Positions 31,465 to 45,820 of a stretch of 64,000 nucleotides of DNA are shown here, piece by piece. The stretch covers positions 1,302,001-1,366,000 of the forward strand of contig JBODTK010000013.1 in the NCBI GenBank assembly GCA_050613775.1. The letters run 5' to 3'. How positions within the stretch are numbered: the stretch's first letter is position 1; every line of letters starts with the position of its first letter. This DNA is from Neocallimastix sp. 'constans' (taxonomy: Eukaryota). Made by a program: the position numbers and the translations under genes. A model generated the notes under the pieces. The model saw only the letters and a program-made list of their open reading frames with translations. It did no database searches and was not told the origin of the DNA.

Positions 31465-34400
31465 TTATTCTTTAGAATCCACCATTTTAATTCTTTTAGT
31501 ATCATTGGTAGTTTCATTGGTATTATTTTCATTATATACTCTTTTGTTGTTGATTGGATTACTTCCACTAGATTTATTTAATACTTTTCCATTATTTTCA
31601 TTTTTATTTATATTATCTGTTTTATTCAATGGTTTATTGTTAATTGCTACTTTTGAATTAGCAGTTAAGGTAGACGAAGTACTTGGTTTGGTGGTTGGTA
31701 TATTTGGATTATTATTATTATTACTTGGTTTTATACTTTGATTTGAATTATTATTACTTTTATTTTGATTACTATTTGTGCTTATAGAAGTTTTATTATT
31801 ATTGCCGATGATTGCATTTGCTTTATTTGTATTAGTTGAGATATTATTATTACCTACAATATTATTGTTATTAGAATTAGGATTAGATGAATTAGGTGAA
31901 ACTACTGGAGCGTTTATTTTATTAATAGATAATGGTCTACTAGTGTTTATATTTTGTGTGTTATTATTTGTTGGTGGTTGAGATGATATATTTGAATTAC
32001 TTATACTAGATACAGATGAATTTGGTGATACATTTGTATTTTCTTTTACACGACTAATAGGTGTATTACTTAAGGAATTGGGTGTTATACTACCAATACT
32101 TTTTGGTGTTGAATTATTTTTATTAATTGATTTCATGGCATTTGGATTATCATCACCTTTATTTGATTTTATTACATTATTTGAGGAATTATTTATATTG
32201 TTTTCGTTATTTTTAATGGAGTTATTTTGGTTTGTATTGATATTTGGATTTGGTCTCATATTTGATGATTTTATTTGATTGTCATAATTCCTAGGTGTTT
32301 CATTATTATTGCTATTATTTGTCTGATTAGGTTCATTCATTGAACTTGCTTTACTAGAATTTGTTATTGAATTAATACTATTTTGATTAGAATTCATTTG
32401 ATTATTGGTATTTGAATTTGTATTGTTACCATTGGAATTAATATTTTGATTTAGATTTGGTTTACTTGTAATCGGACTATTTATCTTTTTATTTGGATTC
32501 ATACTCATGTTTGATATCATTCGCTTATCATTATTATTCATTTCTTTATATGGATAATAATTATTATTATATACTGTTAGTATTATTATCCGAATAAGTT
32601 TATTATTATTATTTATATATATTAATAAATTAATAATAAATTAAAAAAAAAAAAAAAATAAATAATAAATAATAAATAATAAAATAAATAATAAATAATA
32701 AATAATAAATAATAAATAATAAATAATAAATAATAGATTAATGATAAAAATTAATAGTTAAATAGAGCATATATACATTTAATATATCATATTTATTATA
32801 ATATAATAATTAAAAAAAAAAAGAAAAGGATTTTTACTTTTTCCAAGCTTACCATTACTATTATTGTTATTACTATTAAAGAGAGGTTCCGGTAAACTAT
32901 CCATTCTATTATCAACTGCAGAAGCAATATTAGCTAAAGATGCTAATGTATTTCCAGAATTGAAGTTTTGTGAAGATGAATTACTTTCAGGGGGTGGAGG
33001 TTGTTTATTATTCATATTCATAGGTGCAGCTGATCCATTAATGTTACCACTATTACTACCCAATGGAGTCGGTGGACGATTCATATTGTTATTATTATTC
33101 AAATTACTATTAATTGGGGTTATTGGGCCACTCATATTATTATTTGACATATTATTCAAAGAATTTTTCATTGGTGCTTGTGATGGTGGTGGAGGACCAT
33201 TCATATTATTCATATTATTCATACTATTCATATTATTATTTGGTATATTATTCATATTACCATTATAATCATGTTTTATAAAATCATCCTTCATTGGTCC
33301 ATTCATTTTATCCATTTTACTCATAGGCATTGGTTTATTTGGTTGAGATAAATAATTTGGTGATGGCTGTGTATGTGGTGGCATTTGATTTGGTAATGGA
33401 GGATCCATTTTCATAGAATTCATATGGCGAGGTTGTGTTAATGGTAGTGATGAATTTGGTGGTTGATTTAATGGTGGTTGATTTAATGATGGTGGCTTTG
33501 TTATTAAAGGAGTCATTTGACGCTCAGGGGTTATAATTTTATTAGGTGGTGATTGATTTCTTTTACCTCTTGGACCCATTCTTCCAGGTCCATTCATGTT
33601 ATTTTCATAAGATGGATCTCTTATCATATCATTATTTTGAGAGAATAAATTTTCTTTTTTAATTTCCATATTTCTTGGAGAATTATTATTTCTATTTCTT
33701 ACAGAATTTGGTACAGATAATACAGGACCTTTATTTTCATTTGGGTAATAATAATTAGAACTCATTTCTTGAGGAATTGGAGGTTGGCTTGCCATAGCTT
33801 GGGTACTATGAAAAAAATAATATATAAATATTAAAAAAAAGGTAAATAAATGAATAATATAAATACAAAGAAATAAAAATAAAAATAAAAATAAAAATAA
33901 AAAATAAAAAATAAAAATAAAAATAAAAATAAAAATAAAAATAAAAATAAAAATAAAAATAAAAATAAAAATAAAAATAAAAATAAAAATAAAAATAAAA
34001 ATAAAAATAAAAATAAAAATAAAAATAAAAATAAAAATAAAAATAAAGAAAAAAAAATAAAATATATAAAACATATCAATTTTTATTAAATATTTACCCT
34101 CCTTGAGCTTGAATCTTACGTAAATGCTGAATTCTTTGTTTAAACATAATTTCATTAGGATTAAATTCAAGAGCTTTTTGATAAGCATCAATAGCATCCT
34201 TAATTTGATTGTTACATTTTTCATACAACGTACCTAAATTGAACCAAACTTCACTAATACGTGGATTTAATTGAATTGCCTTATGATAAGCATCTAAAGC
34301 ATCTCGATACTTAAAATAATAAAAATTATATTATAAAATAATGAATTATAAATTAATATTTCATAAAATAAAATAAAATAAGTACATTATTTTTTTTTAA

Positions 34401-35853
34401 AAGAACTTTTTTTATTATCATTATCATTATTATAAATAAACAATATAAAGTAAATAATGATTCTTACTTGATTAATTTTAAAGTATAATACACCAATGGA
34501 ACACCAAAATCTTGGATCTTTCCCATCACGATATCTTATTATGTATTAATATAAATAATGATTAAAATACATTGATAAAAATTTAGATTTAATATTGAAT
34601 TGTTATCATATTGAGATTTCAGTTTATATTCTCTTCAAAATAAAGAAATAAAAAATAAAAAAATAAAAAAAAATATAAATACTTGATAACATATTTTATA
34701 TAAATACTTACACAGCCTGTTGATACGCTTTATACGCTTCTGAGTGTTTATTTTGTGCCATATAACATCTACCTAATTGATAATATGTTTGAGCATCTTC
34801 ACTATTTGATTGAATAGAAGCATTTAAATATCTAATAGCTTCATCTTGATTTGTGAAATCAGTATTTGGTTGATGATAGAGCCATCCAAGATGTTGTAAT
34901 ACTTTTGCATGTGTTGGATTAACAGCCTTTACTTTTTCAAAAGCTTCTTTTGCTAATGGATATTTCTTTTGGAGTTCATATACTCTTCCGATTTGGAACC
35001 AAATATCAATTTCTGTTAACGGTGATGGAGGACTTGTCAAGATATATTTGAAACACTAATATCAGATTTCAATAATAAATATTATATAATATGTTAATTT
35101 TTATTATAATAATATTTACATACATATAACCTAAATAATTATTCCCTTTAAATACCTCTAAACTTTTTCCAAAATCTCCTTGTTCCTTATATATAATACC
35201 CAAACGGAAATAAATTTCATTAGCTTTATCAAAAGATGGATCATAATCTAATACTGATAAAAAGGCATTTTTGGCATGTTCATAAGAACCATAACGATCA
35301 TACATTTTACCTATGCCATACCATAATTGTGGATCCTTTTATTATTATTATATAAAAATTTAATTATAATTTAATATTTATATTATTGATTTATTTATTT
35401 TAATACTAATACATATTTTTTTTTTACTAACATTTGGATTCTTTAAAGAATACAAAGCTTTCTGATATGAATTATAAGCTTGTTTTAAATCATCCTTTAT
35501 TAAATAACAGTGTCCAAGCATTCCCCATATTTCTCCTTTACTATTAGAATTTTTTTCTTGTTGTAATATTTGATTATAATAATTAATAGCCTATTTAATA
35601 TAAGAAATAAAAAAAAATAAAATAAAATAATATATATATATTTAAAATAAGATAAAAAAAATAACATAAAATAATATATACATATTTAAAATAAGATAAA
35701 AAAATAACATAAAATAATTTATATATATAATATATATTTAAAATAAGATAAAAAAAAAAAATAACATAAAATAATATATATGTATTTAAAATATGATAAA
35801 ATTTTATTAATTTCAAAAAATTTAATTCTATGAGATGTTTTTCTTTTTATTTG

Positions 35854-35897
<44 letters not shown>

Positions 35898-36446
35898 GTT
35901 CTATTTTGTTTTTTCTATCTTTTTATATTATATTGTATTATATTATATTATATATATATATATATATATTTTTTTATTTTCATTTTATTTTATTATTATT
36001 ATTATTTTTATTTTAAAATATTTAATATAAATATAATAATTATAATATATACCTCATCAGCTTTATTCTTTGATAAATAAAGATCTCCAAGACGTTTTTT
36101 AGCTTCTATTGAATAAGGATTATGTCTTAAAGCAAACTCATATGATTTAATAGCTTGATCAGGTTCTTGTAAATGTTCAGCTACCTTGCCTATTATATAA
36201 AAAAATATATATATTTAAAAATTTAGAATTACATTAATTTTTATTTTTAAATTATCACAAAAACACTATAATTACAATAATTATATATATAAATTTTATA
36301 TTATTATCATTATTACTATTTATTTTTAATTATTTTTAAAATAAAATAAAAGGTTAGATAATATATATGAATACAATACCAAATTTCATCCACAATTGTT
36401 CAGTATTCACATTAATTTGATTTTGCATCATGTTCAATGATGTCAT
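31465..36446 (-). CDS. CYC8: Cyc8/Ssn6-like TPR corepressor with a long N/P/M-rich C-terminal tail, spliced
   Basis: ATG at 36446. TPR exons include ALRHNPYS, GEIWGMLGHCYL.KDDLKQAYNSYQKALY.L.NP, DPQLWYGIGKMYDRYGSYEHA, KANEIYFRLGIIYK, DIWFQIG.VYE, AYQQAVYRDGKDPRFWCSIGVLY and EVWFNLGTLYE.CNNQI.DAIDAY, which are Ssn6 signatures. Confidence 0.92.
33872..34046. repeat. (AAAAAT)n intronic microsatellite
   Basis: Long tandem hexamer run inside a CYC8 intron. Confidence 0.92.
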
Positions 36447-36904
36447 AAAATAAAAAGAATGGAATATATATATTTATTTATGTTTAATATAAAAATAAAA
36501 TTTCTTAAAGCTATTTGATGTAAATAATAACATAATAAAATTAGTAATTAAATAGAATTTTTATATAGGATTGAATATTTTTATATTTTTATATGTAATA
36601 ATTTTGATTATTAATTTATAAAGAATAAATAAATGAAAAAAAAAAGTTTAACATTAATAATATTAAAGTAGATTATATTAGAAATATTTAAATATTTAGT
36701 GATCTATTGAAAAATATTTGAAAATTATTTTCGAACTTTTTTTATAGAGATTTTTATTTTCATTATAATGATCTATTAGTTACTATTTTATTCTCATAAT
36801 AACATAATATATACATTTATGATTCTTTTTTTCCTTTTTTATATTGTTGTACTAGAATATATCAATACATCTGTTGTTATATGTATTATCTCCCTCTCTT
36901 TCTT

Positions 36905-36941
<37 letters not shown>

Positions 36942-39900
36942 ATTATATATCAAATATCTTCTTTTAAGAAACGGTTGTTGTAATAAATATTATTAAAAAA
37001 ATAAAAAAAAAAAAAAGAAAAAAGAAAAAAGAAAAATTAACAATTATAATTATGGTAGTTCAAATTAACAATAAGAATCAAATTAACAATAAGAATATGC
37101 TCATACTTTTAATTTCACTTTCATCTTTAAAAACTTTTATGATTCATACAACAACTCTTTTCTTTTTTAATAATCTTAATATTTAATCATAAATTTCAAA
37201 ATTTCAAAAAATAAATACTGATTATTATTATTATTATTAATAACTTTATTTCTTACGTTTAATAAAAAAATGTAATAAGAAATTTAATAAATAAAATACT
37301 ATATTTAAAAGATATTAATATTTTATTACTAAATAAACACTAATATTATGTTATATTTCTTTAATAAATATTAATTAATTAACAATAATAAATTATAATT
37401 CTTTTCACCTTATATAAATAAATTCTTATATATATAAATTCTTTAAAATTTTTATATTTTTATTATTTTATTATTATATTTTTTTAATATAAAATATTCT
37501 GTATAAATGATATTAAATATTTTAAAAAAAACTTTTATGGAAAAAATGCAAAAAAAAAAAAAAAAAAAAAAAAGATAAAAATACATATTTACTTTAAAAA
37601 TTCATAAAATTTCTAAATTTTATAAAAATAAAAAATTATTTAATAAACTTGTTATTTTTAATCTAACTATTTATTATTAATAAATAGATACTTATTAATT
37701 ATTTATTCATTTATTTATATATTTTCTTTTATTACTTAATAATTTTAGAGTAATTAAGTTTTAACAAATCGATTTATTTACGTTGATTAATAATATTAAT
37801 GGGTATAATCAATTTATCTTAATTTTTTTTTTACCTAAATTTTTATATATTATATTATACGGAATATATTATATTAAATTACACTTTACTATTTATAAAA
37901 ATTAATATATGCATAATTAATATATAACAATTTAATTATATATAGAATTAGCATATGCTTTAGGTAAAAAAAAAATCATCAAATAATAGGATAAGTTAAC
38001 ATTTTATTTATATAATAAAATATACTGTAATATATAAAAACTATAAATAGTTTAAAAGAAGAACAGAATTGTAAAAAAAAAAAAAAAAAAAATTATAAAT
38101 TACTTAATAAAATTTTTGGTATAAATTTATTAAATATATATTATAATATATTTATATATATAAAAACTTTAAATATGTAAGATTAGAATCAAATAATGTA
38201 ATATCTAATCCTTATATCATATTAACCTTATTATGGTTATTTTCAATTAATACATAATACATAATACATATTTAATAAATAATAATAAATAAATAGATAA
38301 ATAAATAATTAAAATAATTATAAGTATTTTATAAACAAAATTTGGGATATTCAAATTTTAATTTTGATAAAAAATTATCACATTGCTAAGTAATACATTT
38401 ATTATTACATAATACATTACGTATTAAAAATAATAAATATTTACGAAGGATGTGAAGTTTCTTAGAAATATACTAAAATAAGTTAATTATTAACAAAAAT
38501 ATCTGATGATTATATAATTATTCATTATTTTGATTAAAAAGAATAAGAATGATGAATAATTAAAATTTTCATTAAAAAATAATTATTCATTTATATATAT
38601 ATTTTATTTAAAAAATAATAATAAAATTATTAATTTTTATAATTAATTTCAATAATTATTAATCAATAAATTATAATAAATAATAAATAATAAATATCTA
38701 AATAAATAATAAGTAATAAATAAATAATAAATAATAAATAAATAATAAATAATAAATATATAAATAATAAATATATAAATAATAAATATATAAATAATAA
38801 ATGGATGGATAGGTAAGTAGATTATTTTCAGTTTTCAAAGATTAGTTAATGTTTACAATTGTTATTAAAAAATATTAATCCTTTTATTATTAATATTTAA
38901 TTAATAATTTATCCTCAATATATTGGACTGTTTTTTTAGTTCTAATCAAAATTTTAATGTATAATAATTTATTATATTTACAATATATACTTTAATTAAA
39001 ATTTTATACAGCCCAATATATTCTATAATATTAAAATATTTCTTAGAATTTTTATAAAATAGAAGTAGTAAATGAGTTAAATAATAATTTATAAATATTA
39101 AATTATAAATAATAATAAATTATTAATAGTTAATAATAAATAATAAATAAATAATTAATAAATAATAAATAATAAATAATTATTATTTGCCTATTCTAAT
39201 TACTAATTTATGTTTAATTATGACATAACAACTTTTATATACTTTTTGTTAACTATTAAATTATTTATTTTAGGTTATTATATAATTATTATAATTATTC
39301 AAAATATTTTGAATATTAATAAAGGATTTTAAAAATTTTATTATCAATAAAAAAAATTACAAAAAAAATAATTTTTAGATATGTATTAATGGCTAATTTG
39401 AAATTGTCTAAATAATATTATAAAGTATATACATTACATTAAATATTACTTTTTTATTTATACCTAAATAGTTTTAATTAGTTAATCTACTTTAAAAAAT
39501 TAGTATTTCTAAAATTTGGATGTCATATATTACTTTTAAAAGGTTAAATTATTAAAGTATTCATAGTTTTAATTTTCAAATTAAGGTATATATTATTTTA
39601 ATCTGAAATTATATTAATTATATTAAAAAAATAAACATGTTAAGAAAAAAAATATTTTTCTTTTATAATAATAATAAAATATAAAGTTATATATATATAC
39701 AAACGCATTAAATGAAAATAAAAACGGAAATCATTAAATAATTAGATTTTTATTCTTCAAATTATATAGTAATTTTTTAAATATTAAAATTTTTATTTAA
39801 GATAAAAATTGGTATTTTAATGAAATTTATTTTTTTTAGTATTTAATAATTATTAGTATTTTTAATTTGTTTAATGTTTAAAAAGGGATGTATTAAAACA

Positions 39901-39974
39901 ATTCTATCATAATTTTATTAGACTTTTTTTTTACTAAGCAATAAATATATATATATATTATATACTGTAGAATT

Positions 39975-40135
39975 ATGTCTCCCCCATATATTAATATGGG
40001 TGTATGTTTAACTGCCATACCGGTACGGCGTCGACGTTCGTAACCCCCATAAGCAAAGAAACTCTAGTATAGAAGCACACTACGCAATCCTCAAGGGAAA
40101 GCAGAGCCCACTTTAGGTCACCTCCTTTCACAATA
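39975..40135. ncRNA. Unidentified GC-rich structured island, candidate ncRNA
   Basis: About 160 bp of roughly balanced base composition in an AT desert, no listed ORF, nested inverted repeats (CCCATAT/ATATGGG; GCCATAC/GTACGGC; GGGT..TATG/CGTAACCC). Confidence 0.35.
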
Positions 40136-41407
40136 AATAGATTAACCAAAGCAATACAATAGAATTAATAGAAAGTAAAAATTTTTTAATTGAACTATAT
40201 TTATTTTAATATATAGAAATTTAGAATATTAATTATATTTTAAATTTTTAATTTTTTATTATATATTATTAATATTAAAATTATTATTATTATTTATTAT
40301 ATTTCTTATACCATATGCCATATTTTTATAAATATTTATTTATAATAACAAATATTGACAACTATCGACATATATATATATATATAATAACATATAACAT
40401 AAAATAATTTATATCTATATTTTAATTTGTTAATACTTTATTTTGAATTTCATTAATATTTTATATTTATGTAAATAAAATATTTGAATATTTTATTATT
40501 TTTTTTTTATTAAATTATAATATATATACAACCAAATAAAAAATTATATATAACCCAAATAAATATATAATATTTATACTGAACATGTAACATGTAACAT
40601 GTAATATATAACATATCATATAGAATATATAAAATATTACAAATATTATATAGTTTCTTATGATAATTATTATTTGTCAACATATTCCGTAACACAAAAA
40701 ATAAATAAGGTTTTATAATTTTTATACGGTTATTTTTAGTAATTTTATTGTTTTATTATTAAATAAAAATTAAAAAAAAAAAAAAAACAACTTTATCCAT
40801 ATCCTCATCCTTATTATTTTTTCTTATGATTTTTCAATTATAAATAGAAATTATCTTTTAATTTTATAAATGCATATAAATATATATAAATAAAAATATA
40901 TACATTGTATGAATTTAATAATACATAAAAATAATATATAAAATTAAATTTATTTAAACATTTTATAATTAAATATTAATTGGTATTTGAAAATATTATT
41001 TAATAGACAAAATAAGCATAATTGTTGATTATGCATCTTATTACTAATTAAAGTTAAGTAATTACTTGATAAATGAAAAAATCTTTTTTTCTATGTTTTA
41101 TTTTTATATTTATTATTATTATTATTATTGTTATTTATTTAGTAGCATAATTAATATTATTTCAATATTACAATTTAAATAAAAAAAGTTTATTATGATT
41201 ATTATTATAATCATCTATTTATATTTTATATAATAATAAATCTTGATTTCTTCAAGAAAAGGTTGAGTCCAATTTGCATTTATATATATTATAACAAAAT
41301 AAGTATAAAATTTTTACAATTTTTTAAAATTCTCTTGAAAAAAAATTTGTAAAAAAAATTATTTTTTGATAAATATTCTGTGTGAAAAAAAAAAATTATA
41401 AAAATAA

Positions 41408-41725
<318 letters not shown>

Positions 41726-41759
41726 AAAATTTTATATTATTTTATTTAATATTTATTTT

Positions 41760-42013
41760 GGGAGATTTGCATTTCGCCAAGTGGAGTAGTATTAAAATGC
41801 TGCATTTCGCTAAGTGGAGTATTGATATAAATAAATGAATAAATAAATAAATATTAATTCAAAATAATTTTTTTAATAATATTTATTTGTATTTATTGAT
41901 TTATTTATTTACGTATTAAAAAAATGTGGCTTTTCACCAAATTGAAAAATATTAAATAATGCATCACTTTAAAAAAATTGACGAAATGCAACCTGGAGAA
42001 ATGCCCCACTCCT
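41760..42013. mobile_element. MITE, possibly MULE-type
   Basis: Left end GGGAGATTTGCATTTCGCCAAGT versus reverse complement of the right end AGGAGTGGGGCATTTCTCCAGGT; GCATTTC(G/T) motif twice at each end; ATTTATTTT on both flanks (41751-41759 and 42014-42022). Confidence 0.6.
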
Positions 42014-42479
42014 ATTTATTTTATTTTTATGTTTAATTTTATTATCACAATTATTATCATAATAGAATTAAATAAAATAATAAGTTATTAACTCGTATTT
42101 TTTTTAAAAAAAATAATCATTATTTTTCTTTGAATAAAAGTTATTTAACTTATTATTTGATAAAAGTAATATAATAACAAATTTTTTTTTTTTATTTTGT
42201 ACTTTTCATAAAGTTTTTTTTCTTTTTTTTATATATTATTTAAAATAATATTTTATAAAATTAATATATTTTTTTTTTTTTTGACATATATATGAATATA
42301 CATCATTAAAGATAATTAAATTTTATTATTTTTTTTTTATATAACTTTTTTTTTTAACAAGGAATAAACTTTATTTAATATTATTTATTAAAAAAAAATA
42401 ATGAAAGTAAAATATATGAACTTTTTTTTTTTTTTTTTATTTTTTTTTTATTTTTTTTTACATTAGTATTAAAAAACTA

Positions 42480-43135
42480 TGTTTTCAGTTTCGAGGATGA
42501 AATGGTCTCTAACTTTTCCTATTCATCAATGATCACTCCATGTGAATAAAAATTATTATTTGAATCTTCGAATCTGTACCAGAATTTCTTCTTTGCCTTA
42601 TCTTTTCGACATCGACGCTCTTGATAACAATAGATCTAATGGTATAAAAATATTGATCATAGTGTAAAAATCACTAATCATAATAGTCGTTAATATTAGT
42701 AAAGAATTCATTAAGCACCATAAAATATGAAATCAGGAAAGATGAATCGCTAGAAGGTGATTGAAAGATATTATTAATAAAGCGCCCTCTTTCCCCTGAA
42801 CCGATTCTTTTATGATTTCATATACTGCACCAAGAAGGAAATACAGTACGTAAAAAATTAATATTATCATCAAAATCTTTCTTTTTGTCATCAAGAATGT
42901 TCAATGATTTCTCATAAACAATTAGAGAAAAAATAATAAAAATTTCATCAACAAATTGAATGAATCGTTGCAAAAAATTCTTCAAATTTAGTACATAAAA
43001 GTATTCAGTGTGTAAAACTAGGTATACTGTTACTTACACTACAACAAAAGCAAAGTCGGGCAATCTTCTGATACCAGTCTGGTTTTTACATAAAGTTTTT
43101 ATATCAAACTCAAATCCATACATTTAACTCGTTTA
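42480..43135 (-). mobile_element. Degenerate LINE 3' relic
   Basis: Broken minus-strand translation RVKC.GFEFDIK...RLVSEDCP...CCS, LLGA and VIKSVDVEK parallels RIRCGFKFDI...IVSEDCPKCCPCC and VTKSVDVE of the main LINE; T-run (poly-A tail) near 42422-42460. Confidence 0.75.
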
Positions 43136-43138
43136 GTC

Positions 43139-43177
<39 letters not shown>

Positions 43178-44229
43178 AAGAAGAAAATTGTGAATATTTT
43201 AAAGATAGACGTTGAATAAATTTTTTAAAATTAAATTTAAACTTCTTGTATTTAAATACAAATTATATTCAAAATATTAAAAATGATGATAATAGATATA
43301 TGATCATTATTGTAATATCATATTTATATTAATTATAGCTTTAATTATTATTAATTCTAATAAATTAATTGTAAAAAAATATAACATAACTTGACTTGAT
43401 AACATGGAATAATGATTTTTTATATTTTTAGTAGATTTTTTTAAAATTATTTCTTGTAAAATATTAATGAACATATTATGCTTATATAAACTTTTATTCA
43501 AGACACGCTATTGAATAATGAAATAAATTTTTTAAAGCTTTTAATGAAAGGGTTAAAATTCGATTATTATAAAGATTAGATAATATCTATTTATAAAATG
43601 AATAAAAAAAAAATTAAATATTATAATTAGATTTGTTTCTAATTTGTAAAATTATCATTTTCATTATCCATTACATTATTTTGTGCATTATTTTAACTAT
43701 ATAAAACAAATTAATAACATATTGTTTTTTCAATTTATATTATATAGAAAAATGTATAAAATTTTAATAAATTTATAAATTGACATAATATATGTATATT
43801 TTTATTTTTTTTCTTTTTTCTTTTTTCTTTTTATCTTTTTTTCTTTTTTTTTTTTTCTTTTTTTATATATATATATATATATATATACAGAAATTGATTT
43901 AAATATTAAATATATATATAATATAATACAAAAATTTTGATGTTTTTTTTTTGAATTAATATTTATTTCTCTTTGTATTATAAATATTATATATATATTT
44001 TAAAGGCTTATGATTTAAAATACAAAATTTTAATATTAAAATTAAAATTAAAATTGTCCACAAATTTTATTTATATTTTTAATAAAAAGATGATATGGTA
44101 TAAGAAAATCTATTCAGTTATTACAAGTTTAAAATATATAAAATTGATTTATATTCTATTTCATCTTTTTATACTGTTACGTAGTAATATCGACAATTTT
44201 TTCTTTTTATATAAAAAGTGGTATATCTA

Positions 44230-45030
44230 TTAACCATAAGCAGGCGTAGTAGCGTAATTTACTTGTAATTCATTTCCGGTACCAAAACACTATATATATA
44301 TATTTAATATGTTGAATATGATTTTTATTAATATATATAAATTATATTTAAAATTAAATAAATATTATTAAATTTTTAATTTTAATTTTATTTTATTTTA
44401 TTTTTTTTGTAATTTATTTTTTTTGTAATTTATTTTTTTTATTTTTATTATTTTTATTTTTTTTTATTTTTTATTTTTTTGCCTTTTACTTTATATAAAT
44501 TATTGATTATTTCATCAGGTGAAGGTGAAAAACTATTGTTTATGTAAAAATGCTATTTATTATTTTATATAATTTTTGGATTATATAAAATATATATATA
44601 AAAGAAGAAAAAAAGAATTTAAATTAATTTCAAAATTCAAAATTCAAATTTAAAAAAATTATAATTGTATATTTACTAAATTTGAACATTGCTTAAGTTT
44701 GTAGTTAAGTCCCTTTATAATGGTACTAAATTCTCTATTTCCATCAACTTTGAAAACAGGATTCTTAAGTAAAGGAGCATCCCCAACAGCTCGAAAACGG
44801 ACCAAAACTAAATAATTATTTTTATATATAATAATAAAATTTTATTTAAATTAATAATATATATATATATTAATAATTTATAGTTTCTTTACTATATTTT
44901 ATTTTATTTTATTTTATTTTATTTCTTATACATTAAATATTATAAATAAAATATAAATAAAAAAAAATTTTAACATTTATATATAAATATATATATATTT
45001 TTTAATTTGTTAAGTACTTTTTTCTGTCAT
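44230..45030 (-). CDS. ATG12: Autophagy ubiquitin-like protein Atg12, 4 exons
   Basis: MTEK / LVRFRAVGDAPLLKNPVFKVDGNREFSTIIKGLNYKLKQCSNL / HFYINNSFSPSPDEIINNLYK / CFGTGNELQVNYATTPAYG*, with the C-terminal Gly. Confidence 0.92.
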
Positions 45031-45200
45031 TAAGGTATTATTTTTAATAATACAATATATTTTAATATTATATTTATTTTATTTTACTTTTTGAATGTTG
45101 AATAAAAATAATAGATAATAATAATAAAAAAAAATAACAAAGAAAATAAATGATAAATTAATTTTAAAATTATTTTATTAGAATAGAATATTATTAATAT

Positions 45201-45244
<44 letters not shown>

Positions 45245-45434
45245 ATTATGTACAAATTTTTAATATATAAAATTTTTAAAAATAGCAATCGAAAATTTTT
45301 TTTTATGTCTTATTTTTATTTATTTCTTTAATTTTTAATATATTGAATATATTTATTATTATTTATGATAAATCAATTAATTTTAATAATATTTATAATT
45401 CATTTTGTTATTAATGTTATCATTAATTTTAGCT

Positions 45435-45611
45435 TATAATAATGAAGATATTGGGTTTTTAATAATTCTTGAGAGACCGTTAAAAATATTTAATGAATTT
45501 GAATTATTTTATATATAATATTAATTGGTTAATTATTTTAAATTGTATATTTTATTATATTTATTTATCTATTTATTATAATCAATATTAAACATAATAA
45601 ATATATATATG

Positions 45612-45650
<39 letters not shown>

Positions 45651-45820
45651 TTTTGCTTTTTGTTTGTTGTTTGTTTGTTTGTTTATTTGTTTCTTAATTG
45701 ATATCTTTGATATTCGAAAGGAATAGGAAGTAAATTCATAACCATTTTTTGAACAAATGATTCATCATGTGTAATAATTATGAGTTGGAAATTAGATTGT
45801 TTATTACGATGTTTAATTTA
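45435..45820 (-). pseudogene. RAD50: Decayed 3' fragment of RAD50 (H-loop exon and probable terminal exon)
   Basis: IKHRNKQSNFQLIIITHDESFVQKM, then after a frameshift GYEFTSYSFRISK, matches the Rad50 C-terminus (R..Q.NFQL.VITHDE.F). Splice sites are non-canonical and no upstream exons are present. Confidence 0.72.

Noticed and set aside
31505..33268. Plus-strand ORFs overlapping CYC8
   Set aside because: Antisense shadows of the Asn/Pro-rich exons.
40080..40135. Resemblance of the island to U6atac (TGAAAGGAG...CCCTTGA) and to a 16S 3' end (TCACCTCCTTT)
   Set aside because: The catalytic AGAGAAGGUUAGC of U6atac is missing and there is no other rRNA similarity; these are short chance matches.
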